Shown here in pieces: positions 49,486 to 63,700 of a DNA stretch of 64,000 nucleotides. Position 1 is the first letter of the stretch, and every line of letters starts with the position of its first letter. The position numbers were made by a program, and so were the translations under genes. Under the pieces are notes generated by a model. That model had not been told where the DNA came from. It saw only the letters and a program-made list of their open reading frames with translations, and made no database searches. Origin of the DNA: Paecilomyces variotii (Eukaryota); assembly GCA_004022145.1 (NCBI GenBank), contig RCNU01000005.1. One strand, given 5' to 3'.

Positions 49486-52123
49486 ATGACAATGATGGAC
49501 GGCATTGTGACAAGCGGACCAGCTGGAGCGCCTCCTCCTGCACCTCCGGAGGACCCTATCGAGCGTCCTCCTACTCCGCCCCCTCCTCCGCCGCCTGAAC
49601 ATTCTCTTCCTCCTCCGCCTTCCGACGCGAGCGCGCCTCCACCCCCGCCAGAAGCAACTGCTCCCCCTCCTCCGCCGGAGGATGCGCCGCCGCCTCCCCC
49701 AGCGCCAGTTGTTGAGAAGAAGAAGAGGGCAGGATGGGGCTCGCAAAAGTCGACGACACCGTTGAGTGTGGAGGAGCTGTTGCGGAAAAAGAGAGAGGCG
49801 GATGCGGCAGCTGCAAAGGTATGTTCTTTTTCTCTATCCAATGTTCTTCAGTTTGGTCAATGAAGCGTCGCTAACTTGATGTTCTATCTGTAGCCCAAAT
49901 TCCTTTCTCGAGCGGAAAGAGAGAGGCTGGCTCTCGAGAAACGAGCTAAAGAAGTCGAAGCCGAGCGACGAGCGAAAGCAGAGCGGGCAACAAATGGCGC
50001 TGATCGAAATAGGGCGCGATCACCTACAAGCTCGGACGGATTGAATGGCCTACCCAGGCCTGTTCCTACTGGACCACGAGCCATGCGGAATGGGGAGGTA
50101 CCTACAGCGCGAGCGGCGATGCGCAACTCGCAACCCAACAAGGACTACGACATGCAGCCCCCTCCTCCACCGAAGCCTATATCGTTTGGTCCTCGGGATT
50201 CAAAGGGAGAGAAGCGCCCATTGGATGAGGAGGAAGCTCAAGCTGCGCTCATCAAGCAGCGGTATATGGGACAAGATCAGACCTCGAACTTTTCGGCGAA
50301 GAAGAAGCGCAAGCGCACGACGGAAAGGAAATTCAACTTCGAGTGGAATGCAGAGGAGGATACCAGTGCTGACTACAATCCGCTGTACCAGAACCGTGCA
50401 GAGGTCAACTTCTTCGGCCGTGGCCGTCTGGCCGGTTTCGGTGACGATGTCGCGGATACCGTTGTGCGAAACTATGCCAAAGCTCTAGAAGAGCGTGATA
50501 AAGAAGCTGGAAGTGCGAGAGCCCGTGAGATTTTGGAGATGGAGCGGAGACGGAGAGAGGAGAGCAGCAAGGCCGCTCTCGACAAACATTGGAGCGAGAA
50601 GAGATTGGACCAGATGCGGGAAAGAGACTGGCGTATCTTCAAGGAAGACTTCAACATCAGTACCAAGGGTGGAAGCGTGCCGAATCCTATGCGGTCATGG
50701 GAGGAATCGAACCTGCCCCGGCGGCTGCTCGAGCTTATTGACAAAGTCGGATATAAAGAGCCGTCACCTATTCAGCGTGCAGCTATCCCTATCGCCCTGC
50801 AGAACCGAGATCTTATCGGTGTTGCTGTTACTGGTTCGGGTAAGACCGCTGCATTTTTGCTTCCCTTGTTTGTCTATATCGCAGAGTTGCCTCGGATAGA
50901 CGAGTTCGAGTGGAGAAAGGCCGATGGCCCGTACGCCATTATTCTAGCTCCCACCCGTGAATTGGCGCAGCAGATTGAAATCGAAGCCAAGAAGTTCGCG
51001 GGTCCTCTTGGATTCAACGTCGTGAGTATCGTTGGTGGTCACTCGCTGGAGGAACAAGCATATAGCTTGCGGAACGGCGCAGAGATCATCATCGCTACTC
51101 CAGGTCGTCTGGTGGACTGTATCGAACGACGCATACTCGTCCTCAGCCAGTGTTGCTACGTCATCATGGATGAAGCTGATAGGATGATTGATCTGGGTTT
51201 CGAAGAACCTGTCAACAAGATCCTTGATGCGCTGCCTGTCTCGAACGAGAAGCCCGATACAGAAGAGGCAGAAGACTCCCGTGCGATGAGCCAACACATT
51301 GGAGGCAGGGACCGTTACAGGCAGACTATGATGTACACGGCAACTATGCCCTCAGCCGTCGAGCGCATTGCAAGGAAGTATCTCCGTCGGCCGGCTATTG
51401 TCACAATCGGTAGTGCCGGTGAGGCAGTCGAAACCGTGGAACAACGTGTCGAGTTCGTCGCAGGCGAAGACAAGCGGAAGAAGCGCCTTGCAGACATTCT
51501 CATGTCAGGAGAATTCCGTCCTCCGATCATCGTCTTCGTCAACATCAAGAGGAACTGCGATGCTGTCGCTCGCGACATCAAATCATGGGGGTTTTCTTCG
51601 GTTACGCTACACGGAAGCAAGACTCAGGAACAGCGAGAGGCGGCTCTGGCCTCAGTTCGAAACGGCACCACGGACGTTCTGGTCGCGACCGATCTCGCTG
51701 GACGAGGTATCGATGTGCCAGATGTCAGTCTTGTCGTCAACTTCAACATGGCCACGAACATCGAGAGTTACACTCATCGTATCGGTCGTACTGGACGTGC
51801 TGGAAAGAGTGGTGTGGCAATCACCTTCCTGGGCAACGAAGATGCCGACGTCATGTACGTATATTTCTTCCTTCTTTCCTTACATTCCCCCCATCCCCAT
51901 GCATCATTTGTTCCATACATTTTCCATCCCAAAAACGTAGCCAGTTATCTAACATTCCATTCCTAACAGGTACGACCTCAAACAAATGCTCATGAAGTCT
52001 TCCATCTCGCGCGTTCCCGAAGAACTACGCAAGCACGAAGCAGCCCAATCGAAACCTACTCGAGGTGCACAGAAGAAAATCGAAGACAGCACTGGTTTTG
52101 GAGGAAAGGGTGGATGGGCATGA
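49486..52123 (+). CDS. PRP28: DEAD-box splicing helicase Prp28 (DDX23)
   Basis: KFNFEWNAEEDTS, HWSEKRLDQMRERDWRIFKEDF, AVTGSGKT, DEAD and HRIGRTGRAG. Polyproline N-terminus; two introns. Confidence 0.95.
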
Positions 52124-52399
52124 CTGACCCTCCTCCGCATAAGTAGTTATCATATTTCATTTCATTCGCAGATGTAATAATCACGCATCTTATTTTTTTT
52201 TTTTTTTTTTTTCTTTCTTTCTTACTTACTCTTGTGAGCCTCTTGTATAGCGATCGATCAATTATGATCATTCGGGGTCTGGAACGGGGGGCGGATTGGA
52301 CATGGCGTTTTACCCGTTTATTTTAAAAAAATACATCGATTTTTATCCTTATGTATTATGACTACTAGAGGTAGTTGTAATAATATCGATCATTCAATT

Positions 52400-52419
52400 C
52401 ATACATACATACATACATA
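52400..52419. repeat. (CATA)5 microsatellite
   Basis: Read directly from the sequence. Confidence 0.8.
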
Positions 52420-53004
52420 TACGTACCGCAGTTCTCTTGTCATGATAGTAACTATGTAATAATTCCTTCGCCGATGGCCTGCCTATCTTATCTCTCCTGT
52501 CTGTCTATGATTCTATCATCATAGTTCTCCCAATAATAAAATACTTTATGTCTCTTTTACTGGTCGGTCTCTCTTTCGGTTGTGTTTAGAAATAGATAGA
52601 GTTATTTTTTAGGAGAATTCCACGTCCATGGATACTATGGGAGGAGCTTCACGCGGTCATTTAATTATTCTGGTGAGAGGAGATCCGAACATCGGTTCGG
52701 TGATCTATTTTTGTATTCTTTTTTTTTCCCCACCCTTTTCTCTGCTATCCTGGGGGGGATTATCAAAGAAGCCGAGTAAGACGGGGGCTTGGATGAGTGA
52801 GACTATCTGCCCCGTTCTGGCTTTTATCTTTTTTCTTTTTTTCGAATTACAGGTTAGCTGCTCCTGGTAGTTCATTCAGATAACCACCACAAGGCCCGTG
52901 ACGAGTACGTCTGTAACTCTCTGAGGAGTAGTATATAGCCGGTTCAAACGTTGGACGCCAGATTCAATTGACGTGCAAAGTCCCAGAGGAATCGGTCAAC
53001 AGTT

Positions 53005-56000
53005 TCACAGCTTCTGTTCGTTGATGTATCCATTTGCCTTCAGCCAGTTCTCTACGTCACTCCGGTCACGCTTGAGCCAGTGGACCTTGGCGCGGATGGC
53101 ATCAAGGCTCTGCTCGACAGCACGGTCGTAACCCTACAACACGGCACATGTCAGCCAAATCTCACTCTTGTCTCCCTCTATGGCTAAATGTACCGACTTA
53201 CCTTCGTATCCTTTGAAGCAAAGAACTCTTCCACCTCCTTCAGCTGCTTCTCCGTGCAGAAGCTGGAGGTAGTGATCTGGACTACGCTTCCCAGCATTCC
53301 CAGAGACGGCGGCAGTCGCTTGTAGATGGCATCCCAGTTCGTCTTCAGCCATTCCCACCGGGCCTCGATACCATTGGTATGGCTTCTCAAACCAGCAAGC
53401 GGCATGTAAATATCCTGGTTCTTGACCTCGTCACCGCTGGCAAGATCCAAGGTCCTCTTGATGAGAGCGGGGTCTTCAGCGGCACCGAGGGTACGCAGAG
53501 CAGTGTTCTTTTCGTCGGAAGTAGGGGCGTTGCGGAAACGGTCCAAGATGACGTCGTACTCCTTCTCGCCGCCGTTCTTCAAGACAATGCTGAAGACACT
53601 GCCACGGATATTGGGGTGAATGGCGCTCCGGTCACCCTCGGCGAAACGCTTGAACATGTCCTTGGCAGCATTCACGACCACGGGATCGTCAGACATACCA
53701 GCGCTACCGAACGTCAAAGCCTTCAACTGCTGCAGGATGTGGTCATCGTCCGGGGAGAACTGCCAGCCGACCTGGTGGGCCTTCTCGCTAACAAGGGAGC
53801 GCTGGAAAGCCTTAAGAGCATCCTTGACCCTCTGGTCCTCGAACAACCAAGCAGCGCGTAGTGTGCCAATGCGGGTGAGCATTTCGTTCCACACAACATA
53901 CTCTGACTCGGTGTCGAAACCCTTGAGTAGAGACAGCAGACCAGAGGTCTTTTGGTACCCAGATGCTGCCAGCGCTCCCGAATCAGCAATCATACCCGCA
54001 CGGTCTTCAACCGTCAAGCGGCCATCCTTGGCAGCCTTTCCAAGCTTCTCGAGTCGTTCAGGGGTGTAAGATGTCCGGTAGATGCTGGTGTGATCAGCGT
54101 TGAGTTTGAAGAAGTCAAGATCAGGAACCTTGAACTCGCCCTCGCGCTCGCTGAGGGTGATGCTCTCATCCACGCCGTCTTTGGTGCGAAGACCAAGGAA
54201 GACGGGGTAGATCGTCTTATCTTCCTCGGGACGGACATCCCCAGTGCGAAGGAAACGGTTCTGCTTCACGTTGATTGTGGACTTGGTAGGGTTTTCTGAG
54301 ACTGTCACGACGGGGAAACCGACGTTCTTCGTCCAGATATCCATCACTGACTCGACGGGCTTGCCACTGGCCTTAGCCAGGGCTGCCCACAAGTCACCCG
54401 TCTGGGTGTTTCCGTAAGCATGCTTCTTAATGTAATCCCGGACACCCTGGATGAAGACATCCTCGCCCATGTACTTGGAAATCATGCGCAGGACCGACGA
54501 GCCCTTCGAATAGGAGATGGCATCGAAGATCTGGTTGATCTCATCTGCCCGCTTCACAGGGACCTCGATCGGGTGACTGCTCCGCAGGGAGTCCAGGGAC
54601 AACGCGCTCTGGAGGTTATCAATGACGTAGGTCTGCCAGACCTTCCACTCCGGGTAGAAGGCGTTGCACGAATACCAGGACATCCAGGTCGCAAACCCCT
54701 CGTTGAGCCAGAGACCATCCCAGAAGTCCATGGTGACAAGGTTTCCGAACCACTGGTGGGCAAGCTCATGCTGGACCGTCTCCGCAATTCGCTCCTTCAT
54801 CGAGGCGCCGCTAGTCTTCTCATCAAGAAGAACATCGACGATACGGTATGTGATCAGACCCCAGTTCTCCATGGCACCAGCGCTAAAGTCCGGGATGGCG
54901 ACCATATCCATCTTGGGAAGAGGGAATTCGCTATCGAAAGCTTTCTCGTAGAAGGCAAGCGTCCTGGCGGCCAGTTCCAGGGAGAACCGGCCGTGTTCGA
55001 TGTCCTGGTCCGGAGTAGCATACACACGGATGGGAACCCGGAAGTTCTTGGTTTCGATGTAGTTGAGATCGCCGACAATAAAGGCCACGAGGTACGTCGA
55101 CATCAACGGGGAGGTTGTGAACTTGGTTGCCTGTCTCTTGCCGCCCGTGATTTTCGAGTCGACCTCGAAGACCTGGTCTACGTCCATGTTGCTGAGACAG
55201 GTTTTACCCTTGTCTGCGACCAGCGTGACGGTAAACTTGGCCTTCAGGGCGGGCTCGTCAAAGCAAGGGAAGGCCCTCCGGGCATCCGTGGGCTCCATCT
55301 GCGTCGTCGCGATGTACTTCTTCTGGCCGTTCTTGTCCTTGTAAGAGGACCGATAGAACCCGGCCATGTTGTCATTGAGCTGGCCCGTGAAAGTCTGTTT
55401 GATCTGGGCCTTTGATCCGGCAGGGATGGTCTCCTTGAACTTGACTGTCGTAGTCTGCGCATCCTGGTCGTAGGTCACCTCTGGGCTGGAGGTCACCACC
55501 GCTCCTCCTGCGGACACGGTGGTGGAATGGATGTCGATCTCATTTGAGTTCAGCGAAATGGAATTGGTGTCCTCTACGACGTCGAGACTATAGCAGAGAA
55601 ATAAAACAAATTAGCGACATCTTTGTGTGCCGTGTGACTGCAGATCGATTGTCCGCTATTGTAGACGGTCATTATCCGCCGTTGGTTGCCTTGGAACAAC
55701 ACAGGCATAAAATTCCAGGAATACGGCCACAACATACTCAATGATCACAGTTCCTTCGTAGGTGAACTTCTCAAAGTCCGGTTCCAGAGTCAAGTCATAG
55801 TGCAATGGCTTGACATTAGTCGGCAGCACCTCTCGACCCGGGACGGTAGTCGAGCCCGAGGGCGCATCGGCATGTCTGGAGCGACACATCCTGCGGTATG
55901 AGCAGTATCGCTTGGAGGCCTGATTCAGCGGTGCAAGACGGGCGGGAATGCGCGATGACGGAGCGGAAGTCGTTCGAAGGGAGGAGAGAGATCTGGAAGG

Positions 56001-56108
56001 AGAGGACGGGAGTGATGTCCAGCGATGTCGGGGAATAATAATGGAGGCAGGCCGTGGGAGCTTTGCTGCGTTCCAGACCAGCGATGGGCTCCGAGAGAAT
56101 CGACGCAT
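53005..56108 (-). CDS. APE2: M1-family alanine/arginine aminopeptidase (Ape2/ApsA-like)
   Basis: GAMEN and HELAHQWFGNLVTMDFWDGLWLNE zinc motifs. Two introns; N-terminal presequence-like extension. Confidence 0.93.
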
Positions 56109-56831
56109 GGACGAGGGAGAGGAGGAGAAGAGGGGGAGCAGACAGAAGAGGGGCTGGGAAGGGCGGAGGAGAGGAGGGGCAGAAGAACAACAACAACACG
56201 ATTAACTTGAACTTAATAATAATAATAGTACCTTCGTTAAGGTAAATTTAATTTCCTTGTCTTTGTCGTCCAGGCTTCATTTCCTGCGGGCGGTCAGCGC
56301 TTGCGGCGGTGAAGCGGGCAGAACAATTGGCGGTGAATATGCTTAGTCAAGTATCAGGTGATCTGCAGTCAGTTTTAATGGCCTCAGGCCTTCTATGATT
56401 ATATAATGAACTCACTAACCAACCTTAGTTAACTACAAATGAAATGGAAAATCTCCCACTCCATCGACTCTTTCCCTCTTACAAAAACACCGCAAGGAAC
56501 AAACCTCAGCAACCAGTCAAGCTTAACACCGGCTGCTGGAGAGAACGCGGTCCCTACATTCCACCAGGTTCGTTCGGATCGCGATCTCTTTACTTCCTTG
56601 CTAGAGGGTTAATCCAGCAAGTTTGAGGGGCCCAGTATTGTTTCCTTTTTTTTTTAAGGAGGGAGCAAAGTGAGTGGGTTTCCATAGAACGTTGGGACAT
56701 CATAATATATTATTATAGTAATATATTCGCAGCGTTCAAAACCAGAACGTCAAACGAAAAAGATAGGATATTCATTATTAAATAAATAAATAGAGAGAAA
56801 CCATTATTTTGTGACGTTTACTCATGCTTCT

Positions 56832-58835
56832 TCATGACCTCGAACTCCCTTCCCCTGGTCCTTCATGCTGTAGTGCTTCCTGCCGCACCTTGTCTCGTGG
56901 CAGTTTCACGAATATGCTTCTCGACCAGCCATCCGGGTCGACAACCGTCTCTTTCACCAATGTGTACTTGCCCAGGTAGGGCAGGAGAACGGCCCAGACG
57001 AGCCAGTACAGTGCACCGCAGCCGAAGATGCCCAGTGCGACAACGCAGTGCAGGAAGTAAGGCAGGTGTTCGTAGACGTTCTGGCCGGGAGACGGGGGAA
57101 CGTATGGGGCGATGGTCAGGTAGAGATTCGACAGGAAGAAGAAGACGGTGACGGGGAGAGTGGCGTGGATAGAGGGAGCCCAGTCCGGGAACTTGCCCTT
57201 CGATTTGGTGAGATAAATGTACATGAGACCTCCGGAGACAAACACGTTGACAATCGCGAGAGGGTAGGAGATCAAGCTGGAAATTTGTGGTCAGAAACTG
57301 AGACGGATTTGCAGATCATAAATAGAAACAAAAAAAACATACTTGAGAAGGAAGTTATAGGCATCTCCCGGCGGGGGAGCAAGCATGATGATCACGGAGA
57401 CAATGTAATGCTCCAAGAGACCAGCAGCGGGGGCGTTGAAAGGCCGATTGCTGGCCCATAGTTTGGAGAGGGGCAACACGCCCTCGCGTGCGAGTGCCTG
57501 CACGACTGTTCCCATTGTCAATATCGATGATCCGGATCGTCAAAAAAAAAAGGAAACTACTTAGACACCGTTCAACTTACTTCGACCCTGCGAGAACAAA
57601 ACAGAAAGCACGTTTCCAAACGCAGACAACGCCACGAACACGGACATGACTCGCTCCGCTCGCTCGCCGAACATGTTGCGGAAAAAGGAGGCTGCCAGGA
57701 TGCGGCCTGATGACAGAATCTCCTCCTTCGGGACGGCCGCAAAGTACGCGACGTTGACCAGGATGTACAGAATTCCAACAAATGTAACTGCGAACGGAGC
57801 TGCAATCTTCAATGTGCGAGCAGGATTCTTGGTCTCGCTCAGAGCCTGCTTTCAGTCAGATATCATTCAACCTGAGAGGGATAAGAAGAAAAACTCCTCC
57901 AGAAGGCCACTCACGTAGTTTGCATTGGAATAACCGATAAACGACCAGATCACGTTATATAGAGCGGTCACGATACCATAACCACTGCCCTCGGTCCCCG
58001 CAAATGCGTTCGAGAAGTTGTCTGGCTTGGGGACTTTCAGGTGTCCAGCTAGTGCCACCCATCCAGTGACGACAATGATCAGAATGATGATCAGCTTGAT
58101 CGCTCCCAGAACGTTCTGAAGGCGGAGACCCCATTTCAATGCCGTGGAATGGATCAGGAGGGCGGCCGAAATACAGGCCAAGCCGATACCTCGCTGGTTC
58201 CACCGAGTGACTTCGACCTGCGCAGCGTTGAGGATGTATTCTCCGAAGATGACACTGTTCGATGCCGCCCAGCCAAGCAGAACGGCGTATGCGGCGAACA
58301 TGGCCGTCGCGAGAAACTTGGGTTTGGTATAGACATATTCCAGGTAGTTCTTCTCGCCTCCGTTTCTATAACACAAACCAGATTAGTTCAGACCACTGCA
58401 TCCACATCTTGATATACATACTTGGGAATCGCGGTTCCCCATTCGAGGTAGACGGCCGTTCCAGCCAGACTAATAACCATGCCGGCAACCCAGATGAAGA
58501 GGGCCAGTCCGACACTGCCTGTCAACGACAGAATGGCACTCGGTGTTGCAAAGATACCCGTTCCAATGATTCGGTTGAAGATCAAGAACGACGCTGTAAC
58601 GACACCAATCTGCCGTCTGCTATCCGGCGACTGGTCGAAGACATGACCGTCATCTATAACATATGAGCCACTCCATGTCGGGACGTAGGCAAATGCATGC
58701 CACAAACTGATTCTGCGGGTGTTGATACTTACAGATCTGTGAGATTCCATCTGCCCTCTTTGGCGTCTCATCGAGTGGTTTCACATCAGCGGCGGCGTTC
58801 TTGACAAACCCGCTCTGTGGTTCTTGATCGGCCAT
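56832..58835 (-). CDS. MUP1: High-affinity methionine permease (LAT/APC family, Mup1-like)
   Basis: IFNRIIGTGIFATPS, YLEWGTAIP|NGGEKNYL, ALYNVIWSFIGYSNANY, QALAREGVLP and PPPGDAYNFL. Multi-exon. Confidence 0.85.
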
Positions 58836-59439
58836 GGCGATGTAGTATGGTTCAATAGCAGCTGGGTTGCGCCAACACACACTATAGCAGCAAACGATAT
58901 CAAATGCACTTGGGCGCCCAATGTTTCTTATAGAATGATATTTTTCCCACACGTGCTGGACCAAGCGCAAGCTTGAGTTACACTCAAACACCCCAAGAGC
59001 GACTGTTCCCGACCAAAACCGGGCTTAACCGCGCGGTGACAGCCGACAGCGATGATGTGCTTGTACTAAGTGTGGTGCAATGAGACCGAACCATCCAGCC
59101 CCAGTCGACGTTACTTTTTTGCAGCGGGACAAGACCTCAAGTAAGTAGTCCTGGAGGCCTGGAGAGAGAGGGAAACTGGGGAAGCTACCAAGAGCAGCAA
59201 TATTGATCTTTCCACGGGGATCAGCACAGGCTCGACCCTATTTGCAAACGGTCCACACAAGCTCACGGTAGCCCAGAAGGGAAAGTCATCTCATGGCGGC
59301 GAGAAATAATGTTTAATATTCAACAAGACAAGATGGTCGCGCTCGAATGTGCAAGAATTTGTTGCTCGCGCCACACGCGAGCAGGGCATTGATCTTTTTT
59401 TTTTTTAATCGAGAAGCCCAGCCCATGCAACCGTCGAGT

Positions 59440-59450
59440 GATGGCGCAAT
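59440..59450 (-). promoter_or_regulatory. Putative CYS3/MetR bZIP binding site ATTGCGCCATC
   Basis: About 600 bp upstream of the permease ATG; one mismatch from the ATGRYRYCAT CYS3 consensus. Confidence 0.55.
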
Positions 59451-60752
59451 CGGTCAAATTTTCTAGAAATCCCCAAAGAGCGGCCGTTTAGATCTGATAT
59501 CTCCACTAACTTTAACCTCAAGTGTGCTAGACGCCCTGAGATGGCCACTGCGCTGCTGTCCATGGGCGCGGGGAGGGGCGAATCACAGGCGCAACAGGAT
59601 ATAGATCCATGGGTGTCCGCCACAGAAAACGCTCGACAGAAAAAAGCCCTTCCCCTGGACGAATTGCACACGCGATGCCTCGTGAGCAGATTAGCGGAAG
59701 GTACCATAAACGAAAAATAACTAGCAGATGCCAACCTCATTATTCTCGTCCTTAGCCAACTGCGCTCAGACACCGGCACAGGCGCGATGACACACAGAAA
59801 TCGGGAGGCGCATCACGCAATAATCGGCACGGACCGTGTGGCGTCCTGTGGTAAACCCAGTTTTCTGCTCGGCATCCCGACGCTCTCTCGGCCCTATCTA
59901 CTGATTGAAGAGATGAACAGAAGACAAAGACACAAGTGTAGACAAATAATAATCAGTCCACGTTCACTGTTTACATACAGAGACCGCCCGGACAGCCTTT
60001 GGTTCCATGAGATCAGAAAGCACCATGACAACCCCGAAACCGAGAGCAAGGAAGCCTCTCTGGACCGATGCCAACGCCCGAACAGCCTGGACAGCGCCCG
60101 TTCCCAAAAGTATTTACACCAAATATTCCATATATCAGACAGACGGCCTTACACAAACGACGCGAGGTCATGCCATGCCGTTATCATAACTACTGCCGTG
60201 CAGCGTCATCCATAATGCGGGCCATCAACGAAAAAGAAAGTGAAAGCAACAACAGCATAGGAGAGTCGAGTTAGCCAGTCTGGAGACCCATTGCCCAACG
60301 CGAAACGCCACAAACAAGAAACTCCATCTTCTTCCCATTGGATATATGATAAACCGGTCCAAAGACGTCGGTGGAAAAAACAAACCGGGAACGTGCGCAC
60401 GAAAACCGCCCAGAGAAACATTATTGCAGAGTCGGGGATCCGACTCCAATGAAGAGGGAGAGGAAGAAAAAGGTCAACGTAGTATAGTAGAAATGTTAAA
60501 AAGTAAGTCATTAAGACGCGGTTGGAAGAGAATTGTGAAGTCAACAAAGCGACATCGGGAGACGAGAAGATGAGTGGCCATTGAAAAGGACAGCCTTTTC
60601 AAGGCACGGATGAAAACATGCCGCGTGAAACCTCAAGACACGCTGGCATGGTATCGCGCAGGTGACAAGTTCCAAGGTCCATATAAAAACGCGGATGTGG
60701 ATTTTGGAAAGTAGAGCTGGATTCCATAGGGAAATGGTCATCTTGCATGAAC

Positions 60753-63700
60753 TCATTTGGGCGGAGTAACTGCCATGGCGGGTGATACAGGACGCAGATT
60801 TGACGTGGGAACCTTTGCTGCAGCACCAGCTGGAGATGCAGATGCCCGCTTGGCCATCAGAGCCATCTTTTTGCGGAGAGAGGCAAGGCGGCTGCGGATG
60901 CTGGAGACGACTATACAACTTTTAGCTTGACATATCGATCAACAGAAATAGAGACACTTACGTTTCATCACAACTTTTCGATCCTCCACCTGCACACCAT
61001 CGAGCATGAGTCGGTCACCGTCGGATGGGCTGGCTTTCTCCGCATCACTGCCTTTCCTTGATCGGGGCAGTTCGTCATCCTCGAGCACAGCCTCAAGCAT
61101 TCTGATGGCGGTAACGTAGGCAATCTCACATCCAGGCAAGTCTTCACCAGTGAGTTCGTTGATCGCAGCAGCCCTGCTCATCTCCAGCGCCCGGTCGTAC
61201 ATGAGCTTCTCAGCTGTTATTCCAGAGCCCACGACGACATTATCAACCGAGGTACCCAAAGCAGAACCAATCGAGTGGTTGCTCGGATGGCTAGGGTGAT
61301 CAGGGGGAAGTCGTCTTTGGCCATCAATCAACTTCAACCGGACAAATTCCGCCTTCTCCAACACCTCGTTGAACCGATTACGGACCCATTGAACCACGTT
61401 GTTGATGCGCGTCCCAACCACAGCACTCGTCGCAGACATTCCCTCCGATCTAGGGGGCGATTCTCCAAAAACTTCCCCGCGGTTCTTGCGAGCCCACCAG
61501 CCACCGGCGATATCCATTGACTTGGCTAGCAGGGCCAGCGCCTTGACATAAAGCACCAACGCTTCTTCTGATAGAGTCACAATTGCATCGACAGTGAGGC
61601 CACCGTCGGCCGAATCCGAAGGGTCACCATCGCCGCCTTGGAAATTGTGCTTGATTGTTGTATCAGTGTGGACGGAGGGCGCTAGCGGAATGAGTTGCTT
61701 ATACTTGACTTCCGCGAACCCGTAGACCACATCACTTCGAGTCGCACACTCCTCGATCACCTGCACGGTTCTTGTGTCTTCATCGACAGCCGCATTGGCC
61801 TTGGGACTATCTCCAACGGCCATGAGACTGCCTTGGACCGCGGGGTAGGCAGGGAACGGGTTATACGCCAGCGGAGGGGAGCGACCGCCCTTGCCAATGG
61901 TCAAGGGGGGAGAAAATCCCACGCCAAACAACCGTCCGCTTGCCATATTGAGCGCTTTGGAGATAGCAGATGTCGCTGACGTCGGGCTCTGGCCATACCT
62001 CCGCTCATAGGAACTCTGGCGATGATGCGTGGAATCAGCCCGGGCTCGCCCGGTAGCCACCTGCATGGCTCTCGCCTGCGCTGCTTGTGAGCTCGGACTT
62101 GAAGGGCCTTGGACTGTGGCTCGTCGGGTTAAAGCGGTTCCTTGGCGGGAAGTCTGGTTGATACGAGGGCTGTTGGCGAGCTCATCTGCAAATGCATTCA
62201 CTTCCACCGCACGCTTCTCAACCACGACGTAGTCTCTCTCAAAGGCGACCTCTTGAGCAGCTCGCTCCCTCTCATCCAGCACTCTGTCTTCCCGTGTCTG
62301 GACATCCTCCATGGCCGGTGGATAAGTGGCTCGACTGGGGCGTTCTAGGCCGGCGGCCACGCCACTGCGATCCATGAGCTCCTGACGTCCAGGAGCCGTC
62401 GCGTGGGTGATAGCGGCCGGCCGTTGAGCAGTGACGGCCGCTCGCTGGAGATCCTTACCTGACGACAGGGGCCGGTCTCCGCTGGCTACCCGTCTCATGG
62501 GACTGGGCCTAGGCGGTGTATCTGACTTCATCCGGGGCGTCATCGGTCGCTGGAGATTGCTAGGAATAGGTGATTCGCGGCCTCGCGCAGACGAGCGCTC
62601 CCGAGCCTCTGCGGCGGATATTGTGTCCAATTGCGCTGCGAGCTCTCCGCGAGAGCTGACTCGACGCTGCTGATCGACGGTGCCAACATCAGCGGACGGA
62701 CGGCGACTGACAGGAGGTCGATCGTCACCGACCAGCCCAGGGATCTCACTTTGAATGACCACGTTATCGAAGAAATCCTTGAACGTCATTCTCTCCACCG
62801 GGTTGCGCTTCAAAAGAGCACGGATCAGCTGCTTGATCTCGGCTGACGCTTCGTTGTCTTCTGGGAATCGGATTCGATCCTCGCCTCGCTCGATCTTTCT
62901 CAGCAATTCGACGTGGTTGCTGGCCCTGAACGGGGGCTTGCCCACCACCATCTCGTAGAGCACCGTTCCGACTGACCAAAGGTCTGCCTTCGCATCGTAT
63001 TTCTCGTATCGAAGGATCTCAGGGGCCATGTAGAGTGGAGAGCCGCACAGCGTCTCCGCCAGAGAGGTGGACGGAAGAGATCGAGCGAAGCCAAAATCAG
63101 CGATCTTCAGCATGGGTAAGGACTCTAGCCCAGTGGCGGGTGTGAAAGAGTTCTCACTTCCCTTGTAAGGGACGACCTGGGGCACACCGTGCTTGTATGA
63201 CGTGGGAGAGGGACACAATAGGAGGTTTTGGGGTTTGATGTCGCGATGGATCAGATTGCGGTCTCGCAAGAACTTGAGTGCACTCGCGAGCTGCTTGAGG
63301 AAATGCCGGACCACGACCTCATTGAGCGCACCGACGCGTGGGTTCGGGTACTTGGCGATCATATCCCGCGTAAACCGGTGGTCTCCCAGCGTATCCCGCC
63401 GCTTGATGAAGAGTGACAGATCCCCCAGGGCACAATACTCCATGACCAGGTGGATATGAGATGAGGATTCATGGCAGTCGATAAGAGCGACAATATGGGG
63501 ATGGTGAAGGCCCTTGAGGATGTCGATCTCCGACGAGAGGTTATCTTTGAGTTTCTTGTTGAGCTTTCCCAGGTTGACCGACTTGATGGCTACGTAGGAC
63601 CGATGTTTCTACAGTTCAGAAGAAGCAGTCAGCGCAAGGAGCTCTCATCCTCAGTAACATCTCAGCAGAGGATGGATGAGTGTATGCCATTAGAGATAGA

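Noticed and set aside
54420-55415. 331-aa plus-strand ORF
   Set aside because: Lies antisense to the aminopeptidase CDS; explained by strong codon bias, with no recognisable protein features.
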